A DNA stretch of 63,754 nt, filler included, from Octopus bimaculoides (lineage: Eukaryota): the NCBI RefSeq assembly GCF_001194135.2. It is 6 parts of 6 records of this genome, joined end to end, with 100 filler letters (N's around TTAATTAATTAA, not from the genome) between each part and the next. Parts side by side here need not be neighbours in the genome. Positions count along the whole stretch, not along the records: positions 1 to 31,427 come from NC_068984.1; positions 31,528 to 39,309 come from NC_069008.1; 4 more parts are not named here. One strand, given 5' to 3'. The notes under the pieces are model-generated. The model saw only the letters and a list, made by a program, of their open reading frames with translations, was not told the DNA's origin and made no database searches. The position numbers and the translations under genes were made by a program. This document shows, in pieces, positions 23,374 through 37,456 of this stretch (the stretch's first letter is position 1; every line of letters starts with the position of its first letter).

Positions 23374-26300
23374 TGTTGTGGCAAGAGTCACGACACCCCC
23401 TGCAAGAATAGACTGACCAAATGACTATAAATAGTAGCAGTCTAAGTGAGACACAATAGTCATTAATCGCAGGAAATCGTAAGGTGTTGTTTTGGTAGTT
23501 TGTTGGAATATTGTTTGTTGGTTCGTGTATAATTCATGGAGAGTTTGTTGGATTGTTACGTTGTTGTTACCCTGCTTTATATATTTTATTGCACCACACG
23601 GTTATAGTGTAAAAAGTATCGTCATAACAATTGGTGATACAACAATATTGGCAATGAGGATTCAGAGTTCACACAGGTCAGTTAAATTTTTGTGATATAA
23701 AGTTGTTAACTATGGAAGACCTATTAGCTTCTATAATACAGTTGCAAAAGCAACAGCAAGAGCAGCAACAGGTGTTGCAGTAACAACTACAACAGCACAG
23801 CAACAAGAATTGAACAACAGTACTTAAAGAGTCAAGCAACAGTACTCAAGAGTCAAACAACAGTACTCAAGAGTCGAACAGCAGTACCCAAGAGTTGAAC
23901 AACAGTACTCAAGAGTTGAACAACAATACCCAAGAGTCAAACAACAGTACTCAAGAGTCGAACAGTGGCTGCTGGAATTAATGCTAAAGTCCAGAAATAC
24001 TATAAGTTTGTTTTCACCAGACAGCGTATCGAACTCTATAACAGAATTCAGTTATAACCCAGAAGAGTATAACATTTGTTGCATAATTCATAAGGTATGA
24101 AGAGATCTTCAGGAAAGATTGTAAGTCATGAACAGATGAGGAAAAAGTAAAACTATTATTATGTAAATTAGCTCTGTCAGAACATGAAAAATATTGTAAT
24201 TTTATACTACCCCAAAAAACTAGTGAAATTTGTTTCCAGGAAACAGCTGAATCACTATCAGAAATGTTCAGTGATAAGAGTTCCCTATTTAACACTCGAT
24301 GGGCAAGTTGGAATCTAGTTAAAAAAGAGAATGAAGACTTTGTCACGTATGCTGGGACTGTAAACAGAATATGTGAAAGGTTTAAACTAAAGGGACTAAC
24401 TCCTGATATATTTAAGTGCCGCATTTTTGTACAAGGGCTGACGGCAAACAAAGATGCGGAGATATGTGCAAGAATTCTCACAAAACTTGAACAAGCAGAC
24501 CAGAGTTTAACCCTGCAGACAGTTACAGAGGAGTGTCAAAGAATGGTAAACTTGCGACAGGACATAAAAAAAATTGAAGCGAAGGATTTCTCACAAGTAC
24601 AGGCATGTTGACTGGGAAGGAATAAATAAAAAAGAATGTTAGGACCAAGCCCATGCTATGGATGTGGAGGCCTATATTTCAGGAAGGACTGTCCTTTCAA
24701 AACACAGAAATGTTACAGTTGCCAAAAAATAGGACACAAGAGCTCACATTACAGAGCAAAGTTAGGAAGGTCGAACATAAAAAATTCTAAAGTTTTCTCA
24801 ATGAAAAGTAAAAATGACACCAAAAAGGAGAAATTTGTACATGTAAAAGTAATGTTACACAAATATAAAGACGATAATATGAAGGCAGTGGTTCATGCCT
24901 CACATTCTCTGATAGGGGCAGAGAAAAATTATAGCCAAACAGAGAAAGAAGCTCTTGTGATTATTTTTGCCATGAAGAAATTTTACAGATTTTTGCACAT
25001 TAGAAGTTTTAGACTACAAACTGATCACTGACCGTTATTATCAATTTTGGGGTCAAAGAAAGGCATTCCTACCCATACTGCAAATATATTGCAGCATTGG
25101 GTGACGATATTGTTGAATTACGATTTTAAGATGGAGTACATTCTTTCTAAGAATTAGACTAATCACGAAGAATGCAGAATCACTGGAAGATATGCATTAC
25201 AGTCAGAGAAGGAAATTAAAAACATTGTGTAATGTCATTCAGGAGCTGCCAGTGACTGTACAAAATATAAAAAGTAAATCAGCAGAGGACAAATACATCA
25301 TGAAATTGAAGGAAACCTTGAAAAATAAACAAAAGAGAAACATGAATGCAAACCATTTTTCACTCTGCGACGATGTTTTAATGTACATACAAAGAGTGGT
25401 AGTACCAACTGCACTATAGAAACGTGTATTACATGAATTTCATAGTGGACACCCAGAGATGTCAAGAATGAAAGCTTTGATGAAGAGTTATGTATTTTGG
25501 CCAACAATGGACCGGGACATTGAAACTTGGTGAAATCATGTTGAGGTTGTGCACTAGCAGCCAAGGCACCACCGGTGAAATTCCAGTCGTGGCCTAAGAC
25601 TTGTAGTCTGTGGTCCAGGGTACATATAGATTATGCTGGACCAGTGAATGGTACGTACTACTTAATCATTGTTGATAGCTTTACCAAGTGGCCAGAAGTA
25701 TGTAGGTGAAGTCATTCAACCTTGAAGGCAATAATAAAGTTCCTGCATGAACTTTTTTGCTCGATACAGTGTTCCGGACACCATAGTATTGGACAGTGGA
25801 ACACAATTTACAGGATACAAATTCAAAAATGTCTGCAAAATGCATGCAATCAAGTACATTTTTACCCCGCCCTACCACCCAAGATCAAATGGGCAAGCCG
25901 AACGATTCATAGACACTTTTAAGCAAGCACTAAAAAAAAGTAAGGAATGAGTTAAATGACAAAGTGCTAACTCAGTTCTTAAGGGTGTACAGAATAACAC
26001 CCTATCCAAATGCCAGTTCAGGCAAGTTGAATGCAGAGCTAATGTTTGCTTGGAAGATAGAATCTATCTTTGACAAATTGTTGCCAAAGAAAAAAATGTA
26101 TAAAGAAAATACAAAAAATTCAACAAATCATTTTGATGTGGGAAACAAAGTCCATTTCAAAATATATAAGAATGGTAAAGAAGTTTGGGAGGATGGTATA
26201 GTGATGAGAGCATAAACGACACCTAAATCAATTAAAAACTAGACATACGGAAGAAAGGAAGGAAATTCCAATGGAAGTGTTTTACAACATGTTCGATGTG

Positions 26301-26786
26301 CCAGAACCAAAAGAAATTGAGCCTAGAAGGAGCAGTAATAGAAAACGTAAACAGACTGAACATTTAGAAATAATTCCTAAGTAGAAAAGGTATTGAATTC
26401 CCTAAGGAATCAAAATCTCAAAAAAGGAGAAGTGTTGGAAAGAAAAAAAATAATAAAAATAAAATAAAATAAATTTCATTTCCTACAGAAGTCGAAATCT
26501 CAAAAAGAGAGATGTTGTGGCAAGAGTCACAACACCCTCTACAAGAATAGACTGACCAAATGACTACAAATAGTAGCTGTCTGAGTGAGACACAATAGGC
26601 ATTAATCACAGGAAGTTGTAAGGTGTCGTTTTGGTAGTTTGTCGGAATACTGTTTGTTGGTTTGTGTATAATTCATGGAGAGTTTGTTGGATTGTTACGT
26701 TGTTGTTACCCTGCTTTGTTATATATTTTATTGTATTACATGGTTATAGTTTAAAAGTACCATCATAACAATTGGTGATACAACAG
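23374..26786 (+). mobile_element. Ty3/Gypsy (Mag-like) LTR retrotransposon with both LTRs, lacking protease and RT
   Basis: LTRs 23374-23644 and 26513-26786 (TG...CA); TSD GTTAC on both sides; PBS-like tggcaatgagg; PPT aaaaagagaga; gag with CCHC knuckles; RNase H YSQTEKEAL; integrase HIDYAGP, DSGTQF, PYHPRSNGQAER. Confidence 0.92.
23805..23965 (+). repeat. 21-bp minisatellite (~7.5 units) in the Gypsy gag 5' region
   Basis: Unit (g/a)aacaacagtactcaagagt(c/t), translating as QQYSRV(E/K) heptads. Confidence 0.9.
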
Positions 26787-28564
26787 TTACATCCCCTAAT
26801 TGTTTATACTACCAATGTCTCACTTCCTCCCTCCACTTTCATTCTTTGTTCTCATTTTCAGCTACTCCTATCTTCTATTCCCCTTTGCCACTCCTTCGGT
26901 CAAGCTTAACATCTCACATATCTGCTACCATTCATAGCACCTTCACTTGTCCACCACCATGCCCACTCACTAGATACCCCTGATGTACCTCTACTATATC
27001 TCTTTCCCCTTCTATGCCTTGCTCATTATCTCCTACCCTTTGAACTATCATCCCTAAGCCACTCCTATCTCTCTCTTCCATACTGATATTTCCCATCAAG
27101 CCACACCTCCACCCTTGTTCATTATTCTCTATATTCACCTCTACCCCTACATCTAACCATCTGTTATTATCCCCTTCTGACCCACTACCCATATCATCTC
27201 TTGTTTCCTGAGAGTTTTGCTCTGACAACCCATTACTACCATCTTACCTTTTCCGCTAGTACAACTTCCTACTTTTATATAAATGCAGGGTATAAATGTA
27301 TCTTTTCCATAGTTAGACACTTCTGCTTGATTCTAGCATAAAATCTCTTCTCCACCCTCTCAAATACTCCCCCATTTAATCAAAGGGGGATTTCCCTTTC
27401 CCCTGTTTTCTCTTTTCTTGTTCTTTCCTGTTTCACAAGTTACTTGGTAACCCCACAAATGCTATGGCATGAGAAATGCACCCAGTAGACACTGTGAACA
27501 TGGAGCATGATGCAACCTTACAGCTCACCAAATTCTGTCAAATCATCCAATCCATGCCAGCATGGAAAACACACGTTAAATGATGATGATGATCATCATC
27601 ATTATGATGATGGTGTAATTTAAATGAAATTTAGGAGCTATTTCTAGTAGATGACTTGTATAAAGGCTCCTTTGACCTGTCTTTCAGTTTTTGAACTTAC
27701 GTATATTACCTTGGGATTAAAACCTTCTAAATTATTTTGGAGCATGACTACAGGATCCTTTTTGGAATTAATCAATTAGTATGAATTATGGTGTGCAGTT
27801 AATTAATATGTCCTATTGCTATGTAATATTTCTCATTGTTGATGTCGCTCAGCCCCAAAGCAAACCTATGATGAAAGGCATTCAAGTTGTAATTATACCC
27901 ATCTTTTTCCAGATACAGCATATTTACAACTACATTATTCTGTCTTTTTATAAAATAGACAGGTGTGATTTGAGACTGATTTCATTGCTATTTTCAATAG
28001 GCCAAGTGCCCAGTTAGTATTGCTGTGTGTGGTACAAAATTATAGTATTGCTGTGTGTTATCCAAAATTAGAGTATTACTCAAAAAATTTATCTAATTTC
28101 AGATTCAATTACTGTCAAAGAAAAATCGTAAGTTCAAGGAGCGATAGAATTATTTCCTTCACACTCTTGTGGTACAATGAAAATTCATGCAATATAACAG
28201 TTTATGAGGGTGAGTACACCATATGTTACAACTCATATTTATTTTCTACACATACAATGATGTTGCAGCTGACCAAGTCAGTGAAGTGTTGAACAAATGA
28301 TTGAAAGTTTGATAGCTGATACTTTGTCACCAGTATACTTAATTCTTTCTTGCACAGAGTACTAAGTTCTATGCATAAACACAACTTAAAACTAAGGGGT
28401 CAAGAACTCTATAGATTTTCAATAGAATTCAGAGCCAGCACTATAACTTACAATGTTTCATAAATTAATGCATCTATGTGAACAATGTGATTGAAGATAG
28501 AAAAAAAAAAAAGTAATGGGTGTATATGCATATTTTAAAAGTTATTGTTCTTTCATATATGTTT

Positions 28565-28945
28565 TATCTTTAACTTGTTTCAGTCATTAGACTGCGACAA
28601 TGCTGGGGTAGCACCTTGAAGAATTTTTAGTCGAATGAATCAATTCCAGTACTTATTATTTTTAAGCCTGATACTTATTGTATTGGTATCTTTTGCTGAA
28701 CCGCTAAGTTACAGAGATGTAAACACACCAACACTGGTTGTCAATTGGTGGTGGGGGACAAACACAGACACAAAAACACACATACTTACATATGTCAGGC
28801 TTCTTTCAGTTTCTGCCTACCAAATCCACTCACAATGCTTTGGTTGGCCCAAGGCTATAGTAGAAGACACTTGCCTGATGTTTCATGCAGTGGGACTGAA
28901 CCCAGAACCATGTGGTTGTGAAGCCAGCATCTTACCACACAGCCA
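28565..28945 (-). mobile_element. SINE family B copy
   Basis: Homologous to 15325-15740. Confidence 0.7.
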
Positions 28946-30203
28946 TGTAAACAACTTACAGTTACAAGTGCTACCACTTGAAAGCTCTCCATACCAGATA
29001 CCAGCAGGCTTATAGGGTTATCAGAAGAGAATATGTGCCATTTCAGGGCCTTCCTCTGGACAGCATTATTGTGCACCACCCCACTCATTAAGATGAGACC
29101 TCACTTGCTAAATCAACTGGTTCAATCAATATTCTTCTAGCCATTGCACATTGTCTCTTTTTAACCAAATCCAGTAGCTTGCCTTCTCCAGTGTAGCCTG
29201 GATATCTTAGCTCTCTGCCCCCTCCATTATCCCAGCTCTTCATCACTTACATCATACTCTTTCTCTCTCCCAGATTACCTCTAATGCCTCTCAACACTTT
29301 CTCTTGCTGTTATCCCACTGCTTACCTTTCTTTACACCTCTAAGATACTCTCCAGCCTTTCTTTCCTTCCCTGCACTCGCCTATAGTTTACCCCTAATCC
29401 TATTTCTTCCTATCCTCTCTCTACTGCCTTCCCTTTTTTGATCCCTCTAATGTCTCACCATCAAAAATGCTTTCACAGCATTCACATTCTGCTTTTCTCC
29501 TTCTCCCTATCTCCATTGTACTCACCCACTGCTCCCTCATGCTCTTTTACATTTCTGTTCACTACACTTTCTCCAGAGCTTCTCTGTATGCATTAACATA
29601 CTAAGAAATTGAAAATAATAAAATATAAAATACACAACCACACCCACATAGTTGTATATTCTTGTTCTCATTAATCTACATACACAGAGATAAACATTAG
29701 TGCAAACTTAAACATATGTATGTATACACAAGTATAAACACAATATATAACTAAATATGTACCAAAACGCATACATATACATAATATAAAAATATAAAAA
29801 GATATGCACATACAGATAAATGTACAAACAGGGAAACATACATATATATATACCTATAGAGGCATATATATATATATATATACATGTAAAACACACACAC
29901 ACACACACACATACATTACTGCAAAGATACACTCTTATATTGATAGTTGAAAGGCACCTATAGAGGCACATTCAACTACACACATACATATCCATAGACA
30001 CAAATATGTATATTGATACATAAATATGCATGTATCAATAAACTAGAAACTAGAACTATGGAGAACATCTAGCAAATAGCTAACTCCATCCACCAGAGTA
30101 TTTAAAGTAACAGCAGACTACCCTAGCATGGAACCCTGATTATAGGCTACAGGTCTTAGACATGGAACTCTGGCTGGAAATGAAGAATAATAAAGTCCAT
30201 GTG

Positions 30204-31427
30204 GTGTTATGGGCTGTGATGAGCTATGTGTTGTTGGTGGAGAGAGATGAAGCAAACGGAAGTGAAGCTGGACCGGAAGGGCCAGGCCGGAAGTCGGATA
30301 CACGCGGTCGAAGGTCAGCACGTGTGGGGGGGGGGCAGTCAGAAGACAGACAGCTTACGAGGAAGACATGTTTTGATCTGGAGCGATCGTTTACTCCGCC
30401 GCGGTCGACGAAGTAAGGTCTTAACGTTTCATTCTATCCTTTTGCTTCTTGTTANNNNNNNNNNNNNNNNNNNNNNNNNNNNNNNNNNNNNNNNNNNNNN
30501 NNNNNNNNNNNNNNNNNNNNNNNNNNNNNNNNNNNNNNNNNNNNNNNNNNNNNNNNNNNNNNNNNNNNNNNNNNNNNNNNNNNNNNNNNNNNNNNNNNNN
30601 NNNNNNNNNNNNNNNNNNNNNNNNNNNNNNNNNNNNNNNNNNNNNNNNNNNNNNNNNNNNNNNNNNNNNNNNNNNNNNNNNNNNNNNNNNNNNNNNNNNN
30701 NNNNNNNNNNNNNNNNNNNNNNNNNNNNNNNNNNNNNNNNNNGGACCAACTTAGCGCGGAAAAAATAGAAATCCGCTTGATGGAGGCCTTCGCAGAAGGA
30801 ATGTTTGAAGCGTACGCTCGCCTGGGGAGAGCAAAGTGGACTGGCGAACAGGTCGACGTGTTTGCCAACGAACTTAGGAGATTGGCTAAACTGACGGGGT
30901 ACGAGGGAGAATCGCTAGATCGGACGGTTAAGTTGGCGTTTGTGACTGGTTTTCCTGACCACATGTCGGTCAAATTGCAGAAACTGCCGGACGTGAACGC
31001 CATGCCCATGGCGGATATAATAACGAGAGCCCGCATGTTAGTTTCATGTTGTAGATCGATGCGGTTGGCAGCAACTGCAACAGCAAAAGGTGGCCGACCA
31101 AGGAGTAGCGGAGAGGGGTCGAACAAGGAACGTGTGCGACCGCTCAAAGGACAGTGTTTCCAGTGTCAGGGCCCGCACATGGTGCGAGACTGCAAGTTAC
31201 CCAAGCCTGAGGTCATTTGCTACCCTTGTCGAGAAACGGGACATATAGCCAGCGCATGTCTGCAGGGAAATGGTCTAAGAGTGACTACTGCACCAGTGGT
31301 CATCCCTTTGGATCAATAGAGGCGCGTTTTTTGCTACCCGTTGTTGAGGTGCTGGTGGAGGGGAAGATGTCGCGAGCCCTCGTGGACACAGGCTGTACAA
31401 CGACCCTGATGACTCCGGGAGTGGTAG
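30204..31427 (+). mobile_element. Second Ty3/Gypsy element: probable 5' LTR, gag and start of protease, cut by scaffold end
   Basis: ORF 30777-31319 has two CCHC knuckles (CFQCQGPHMVRDC, CYPCRETGHIASAC). The -1 frame gives ALVDTGCTTTL (aspartic protease). GC-rich relative to flanks. Confidence 0.85.
31265..31303 (+). promoter_or_regulatory. Putative -1 ribosomal frameshift signal (G GGA AAU + hairpin)
   Basis: Heptamer 31265-31271 is in the gag frame; hairpin gtgactactg-cac-cagtggtcat starts ~9 nt downstream; a -1 shift joins gag to the protease frame. Confidence 0.65.
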
Positions 31428-31471
31428 NNNNNNNNNNNNNNNNNNNNNNNNNNNNNNNNNNNNNNNNNNNN

Positions 31472-31483
31472 TTAATTAATTAA
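31472..31483. other. Artificial scaffold-joining linker TTAATTAATTAA in a 100-bp N spacer
   Basis: 44 N + 12-mer (stops in all six frames) + 44 N; identical at five sites. Confidence 0.95.
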
Positions 31484-31529
31484 NNNNNNNNNNNNNNNNN
31501 NNNNNNNNNNNNNNNNNNNNNNNNNNNGT

Positions 31530-31739
<210 letters not shown>

Positions 31740-34700
31740 GCCTTTCACTCTCTAAAAAACATAGACCTTCAAAGATTTGTTGTTATCGTCCCCAACTCTG
31801 CGCTATCTTTTTCTCTCCTAGGTCTTGTTGGTTTTGAATTTATGTCAAAGTTCTTTAAGTTTGCTTTATTTCTAGGTAGAGGTGAAGGCTCTACACACAA
31901 ACCCATTTTTACCTTTAGGTAGAGATGGTCCATATAAGTTTGGCCTCTATCATTTGACATGTCCAGCATTACAGGCCTTGGCAAAAGCCTATGCCTCTCT
32001 TGCCATATTTTTTAGGGTTATTACTCACAGAAACTAAATACAGTACACTAAATGTAATATTCAAGTTTTTATGATTAAATAGAGTTCATTTTTTACTTAT
32101 TCATAAAATTAGTAATTTTTCTGGTAATTTCTCCTGTGTGAACACGTTTATGAGTTAAAGGATTCTTCTAAGAGAATGGTTTGCCATACAACAGTGATAT
32201 ATAAAAGTAATTTAACTAAATGTATGCATTAGTAATGGGCTTTTGTTGATTTGTTTCTAGTGATCCACTGTCTCCAAATTGGTATTGCTTGTACAGGGTC
32301 ACAGTGTGCTTCATGTCATGTGATCATTGTCATTTAATGTCCGTGTTCTATAGTCGCACAAATTAGATTGAGACGACTGGATTCAGCAAGCTGCAACACT
32401 ACTTCAAGCTCCAGTGCCAGTTTTGACATATTTTCTATGGTTGGATGTCCTTTCCAATGCACAACACTTTACACAATGTACTGGATGCAAACTCTCAAGA
32501 TAGAAAGGTTGAGCATAAGAGAAGATGGCGACAGTGGGTGGTGGTGGGAGGGGATGAAAGAATGGACGCTTGTATAAGGGTATGGGTGAGGAGCAATGGC
32601 TGATTGAAGATTGGGGTAGAGATGAATAAAGGTGGTGGTTCAGTTGAAGGTAAATACCAGTATGGAGAGGAAACATGAGAGATATAGGAGCATGTCAGGA
32701 AGTAGTGGGATAATGTGCAATGTGTAGGAGACATGGATAGGGAGATATAGAAGTACATAAGGGGCTATAGTAAGTGGGACATGGTGATAGATATGAGAAG
32801 GGATTGAGAATGATGGCAGATAGGTGTTAAGATTGGAGACTGGCAGAGGGGTTAAGAGCAGTGGCTGAAGGCACTTTCAAAGACAGAACATTTCTAGTGC
32901 ATTAATTCTGAATTTACATTCTTGTATCTGACTATAATTTTTCATTTGAACCTATCATCACAGGTGCATTAGACTATGTATCTACAGACTTACATGTACA
33001 AACCAAGAAGTGCAAGGTTTCCCATAAAATGACATGGTCTCCAAATGCAATCTGTTAGCCACACAGAGAATGTTTATCAGAGATGTAGCAGATTCGAAGT
33101 GGAATTGACAGATTGCCAAGTGAGAGTCATGGCCATTTGATATGATCGGCCGATTAAATGACTAATCAGCATTGATCTATCACATGAAGCAACTGTAATG
33201 AGACCAATTTCTATTATTGCCTATTGAAGACATTTGACTTAATCATGTCAGTGATTGGTTAACATACCTACCATGTGAGTATTTGGACATTTGTTGAGTC
33301 CTGTGTTGTGATTGGTTGAGTGTTGTGCAGGAAGTTGATCGAAGGTCCAATCACATTGCATGTAACATATTTCAAACAATTAATCCTGCATATGTTCTGG
33401 AGCCTCCTTTTTTCCCCCATAAATTGGTGCAACAAATTATTTATGAGTTAGACGGGTGATAGTTTTTCATCAAGGTGAGTTATGCAGATCCTGCCATTTG
33501 CCAGGAAATTTAATCTATAATGGATCCCATGTAACCAATGACAACCCAAGCTGAATTATCAAAATGATGGGTGAACAACAACAGAATTTGTAATGTTTCT
33601 TGCTTTGGTCCACTGTAGCACTTTACAAAGGAATGAAGTCTCACTGTTATTTTAAAGTTGGTTTCTTTTGTTATTTCTATGAACAAACCCCTAAGATATA
33701 TTATACAATGATATACATGATTCTTTAGTACAACCAAGGGAGACTTTAAACCATCATAAAACAAATTTCTAGAACCTATTGTAACGAAGCTTATAAATAA
33801 ATGTTTTGGATCTCATCTAGTCTTCAGTGTGTATTCACAGATCTTATTCAAGCAATTATTTTCTTATAACTACCAAATTGTCTTTTCTGTTGTGTATACT
33901 TTGTTGTATTATTAATTCAAGAATTTTTTTTTCTTTTTTATGAATTTGTTTTCTACACTCAGGAATTCATACGATTATGGAAAAACCAAACAAAAGAAAA
34001 ATGAGGAGGGGTGTGTGTGAATTAAGGCTAAGGCTTATTTCTGTTTGGCTATTACTTTTAGCTCATCTCTCAACCAGGGTACAAACAGCAAATGGGCAAA
34101 AACAGGAGAATACAATGTTGGTGTACCTGCTTTAATGTACAATATATTTGTTGACACGTGCTATCTCGCAGGCAAAAGAATTGTCATGTTCGGCTTGTTA
34201 CTATGGAAACAGGCATAAATGTATCTCTGGCTTACAATTGGCTAAAATTACCCAAGATTTGCAAACTTTAAAAGCTATTAATTCTTTATTTACTGACTTA
34301 TCACAAAAATGAATTTCATGGCATTTGATTAGCATATAAAACTACATTATTACACCGAATATGAAATCAATTTGAACAGAATAAATTAAAGAGATTGGAA
34401 ATTGGCAGCCAAACAGAAAGGATCCCTTTCTTCTTCAAAAAACAGTTAGTTACATTTCTCTCTCAATTCTTGGGACCACCAATCTTCATTGGATTGCAGA
34501 ACAAATTGTCTGCAGAGACCAGCTGTGAATAACTTTTATAATCTGCCACAGTGACACCATTCAGTAATTCACTCCAGGCACCTTGGGCAAGTGTCTTTGA
34601 GAATGGATTTGGTAGATGGAAACTGAGAGAAGCCCATCATTTATACGTGTGTGTGTTTGTTCCCCACCATTACCTAACAACTACTGTTGGTGTGTTCATG

Positions 34701-35049
34701 TCCCTGTAACTTAATGGTTTGGCATAACTGACCGATACAGTACTGCGGTCGATTATTTTGATTAAAATTCTTCAAGGTGGAGCCCCAGAATGGCCACAGT
34801 CTAATGACTGAAACAAGTATAGAATTAAAGATAACCAACCAAGGGCCCATTTAATGGATACACACTTTCGGCCCAGTATACTCAGCCATGACATGAAAAA
34901 CTAATTAATGAAGTGGAGTTGTCATCACCACAAATAGTTTCGACTTCCACTGTTACTCTGTTCAATTCAAACTCATTTCCCCCCCCCCCACTAATGTCTA
35001 ATTTCATCATTTATGCATGCTGCATAAATGTATTGCGAGGAGATTCACC

Positions 35050-35415
35050 CAAACAGATTGTTGTTGTTGTTGGCACTCCGTCGAGGGTTCCAGTTGATCC
35101 GATCAACGGAACAGCCTGCTCGTGAAATTGACGTGCAAGTGGCTGAGCACTCCACAGACACGTGTACCCTTAACGTAGTTCTCGGGGATATTCAGCGTGA
35201 CACAGTGTGACAAGGCTGGCCCTTTGAATTACAGGCACAACAGAAACAGGAAGTAAGAGAAAGTTGTGGTGAAAGAGTACAGCAGGGTTTGCCACCATCC
35301 CCTACCGGAGCTTTAGGTGTTTTCGCTCAATAAACACTCAAAACGCCCGGTCTGGGAATCGAAACCGCGATCCTATGACCGCGAGTCCGCTGCCCTAACC
35401 ACTGGGCCATTGCAC
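35050..35415 (-). mobile_element. SINE family C (tRNA head with A/B boxes, (CAA)n tail)
   Basis: Minus strand tggcccagtgg (A box) ... ggtttcgattccc (B box); highly similar to 38078-38445 and 63413-63754. Confidence 0.85.
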
Positions 35416-35851
35416 CTTCACACTCAAACAGATTATCAAGAAGCGATACAGAATATTTTATTTTTAGACGAGTTTCCTTAATTTCATATCATGTGCCATT
35501 TTCCCTACACATTTAATTTTTGTTGCATTTCACATCTTTCTGATGTTCAAGGATGGATTCTGATGTGTGTGAGTCTTATGAAATGTAATTCTGGAGAACT
35601 GAAGAGGAAAATCTATTTTGTCTTATTCATTTTTCCCCAGCTGAATTTGCCTTTTATCTGCTCAGACAATGAAGATGATTTTCTGAAATGGTTCCGAATA
35701 TGTAATAGTGTTTTTAATGCATTTATTTAAGGTCATTTGCTTAGTTGATATAGTTCTTGTAACGTACGTCTGTGAAAAAAAATTTTTTTTCCTCAAAGTA
35801 AAAAAATGCAGTAATTATTCCTCATTGTGCCCCGCCACTTGTATGTACGTA

Positions 35852-36390
35852 TGATAATGGACCTCAGTTACGAGTGCGAAGTTCCATAACTTTGGTCTAG
35901 AATGGGACTTCACACGCACAACATCAAGCCTGACATGCCCACAATCAAAAAGATAAGCTGAGCATATAGTTCAAACAGTAAAAAATCTGCTCAAGAAAAC
36001 AGAATTTAGTAGCCGAGATATCTACTTAGCTCTGCTTGAGTACAGAAACACACTAGGTGACATGGTCAGTCTCTCACCAGCTGAAATGCTAATGAGTAGG
36101 CGCCTGAAAAGTCGCTTGCCTGTGTCCGTTGCTTTACTGAAACCTCAAGTACAGGACAAGAAACAGCTACTTGCTTAGCTGAAAGCACTTCAAGACGGCA
36201 AAAAGGACCACGACAAAGGTAATAGAGAGTTACCTCCCTTGACTTCTGGACATCAAATCAGGATTCTTGGAAGTTTGGAGTTGTCAAATCAATTGACGAC
36301 ACACCAAGATCCTACAACATAACGACGTCAGATGGAAGACAGTATCGACAAAATCGCCGTCACCCGCGGACAACTGCTGAGAATCCAACA
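35852..36390 (+). mobile_element. Gypsy integrase remnant
   Basis: Frameshifted DNGPQ..EWDF..TTSS..PQS..AE..VQTVKNLLKK and TPRSYNITTSDGRQYRQNRRH. Confidence 0.7.
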
Positions 36391-37456
36391 GCTCAGCGGG
36401 AGAATGTGAAGAGCCTTTGAACTGTGATACGGATGCGTCTAAGACTATAGATACGAGCTGTAATCAAACTGAGAGATTCATGAACTGCGTTAATTGCTCA
36501 CGTTTCTTAATGAGAAAAAAATTCAAGTATGGACAGTTAAATTTAAAGAGGATATATTCATGGACTTTCGAGAAAGTTGCTTTATCAGGATGATAATGAA
36601 TATATAACTGAGTTTATTTTAAGTTGATAATTCAAGTTCCAAATATTGCCATAACTTAAATTTTGTGTGTATATAACTACAATACTTCTTGCAATGTTTT
36701 TAAAGAAGAGAGATGTAATGAAAATGACTTTATGTTAAGATGTGCAAAGTGACATGACGAGTTTCTGTGCCATCTCATATCATAATTTACAACCTTGATT
36801 AAACCTTCAGATACACAACCCTAATTAAGCCTTCTGGTATTTTTTCCGGACCCGCTTTCATTTGCCCTGTACATATTTAATTTTTGTCGCATTTCTCAGC
36901 TTCCTGATGCCCAAAGATGGATATTGTTGTGTATGAGTGTTTGATTAATTTCGATTCTGTAGAATCGGAGAAGAAAATTTATCTTATCTCGTTTTAATCA
37001 TTTTGTCCCAGCTGTAATAGTGTTTTAAATGCATTTAGAGAAGACCATTTGGTTAGCAGATATAAATTTTGTAAGGTAGTGAACATTTATAAGAAAATTC
37101 TTTTTTTGAAGTAAAAAATGCAGTAATTATTCCTCATTGTATCCTGCCACCTACCTGTATATTTCATTGGAGTGTGTGTGTGTGTGTGTGTGTGAGACAG
37201 AGCTGGAAGGAGACTGTTTGTGTGACTGCATGTATGTGACTATTCTGCGCACTCAAGTAGATCAAAGGTATTCTCGGCAACCTCCAATAAAAATGGATAT
37301 TAAAGAGAAAAAAAAATCTTTTCCGTAAATTGCCGGACACATCACTGAAAATCAATGGATTGGTAATTGTTCAGTTTGTTTAGTTTAAAAAAGTAAATAA
37401 AATCGAGGGGGAGATAAGTAGTAAAAGAAGCATTCTTTACTTGGCGGTCGATCGGA

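Noticed and set aside
34197-34210. RFX X-box-like motif GTTACTATGGAAAC
   Set aside because: A single short motif with no associated gene start in this scaffold; cannot be distinguished from chance or repeat-borne sequence.
35340-35415. tRNA gene (also similar heads in SINE families A and B)
   Set aside because: The A/B boxes continue into SINE bodies repeated elsewhere in the window; no complete cloverleaf.
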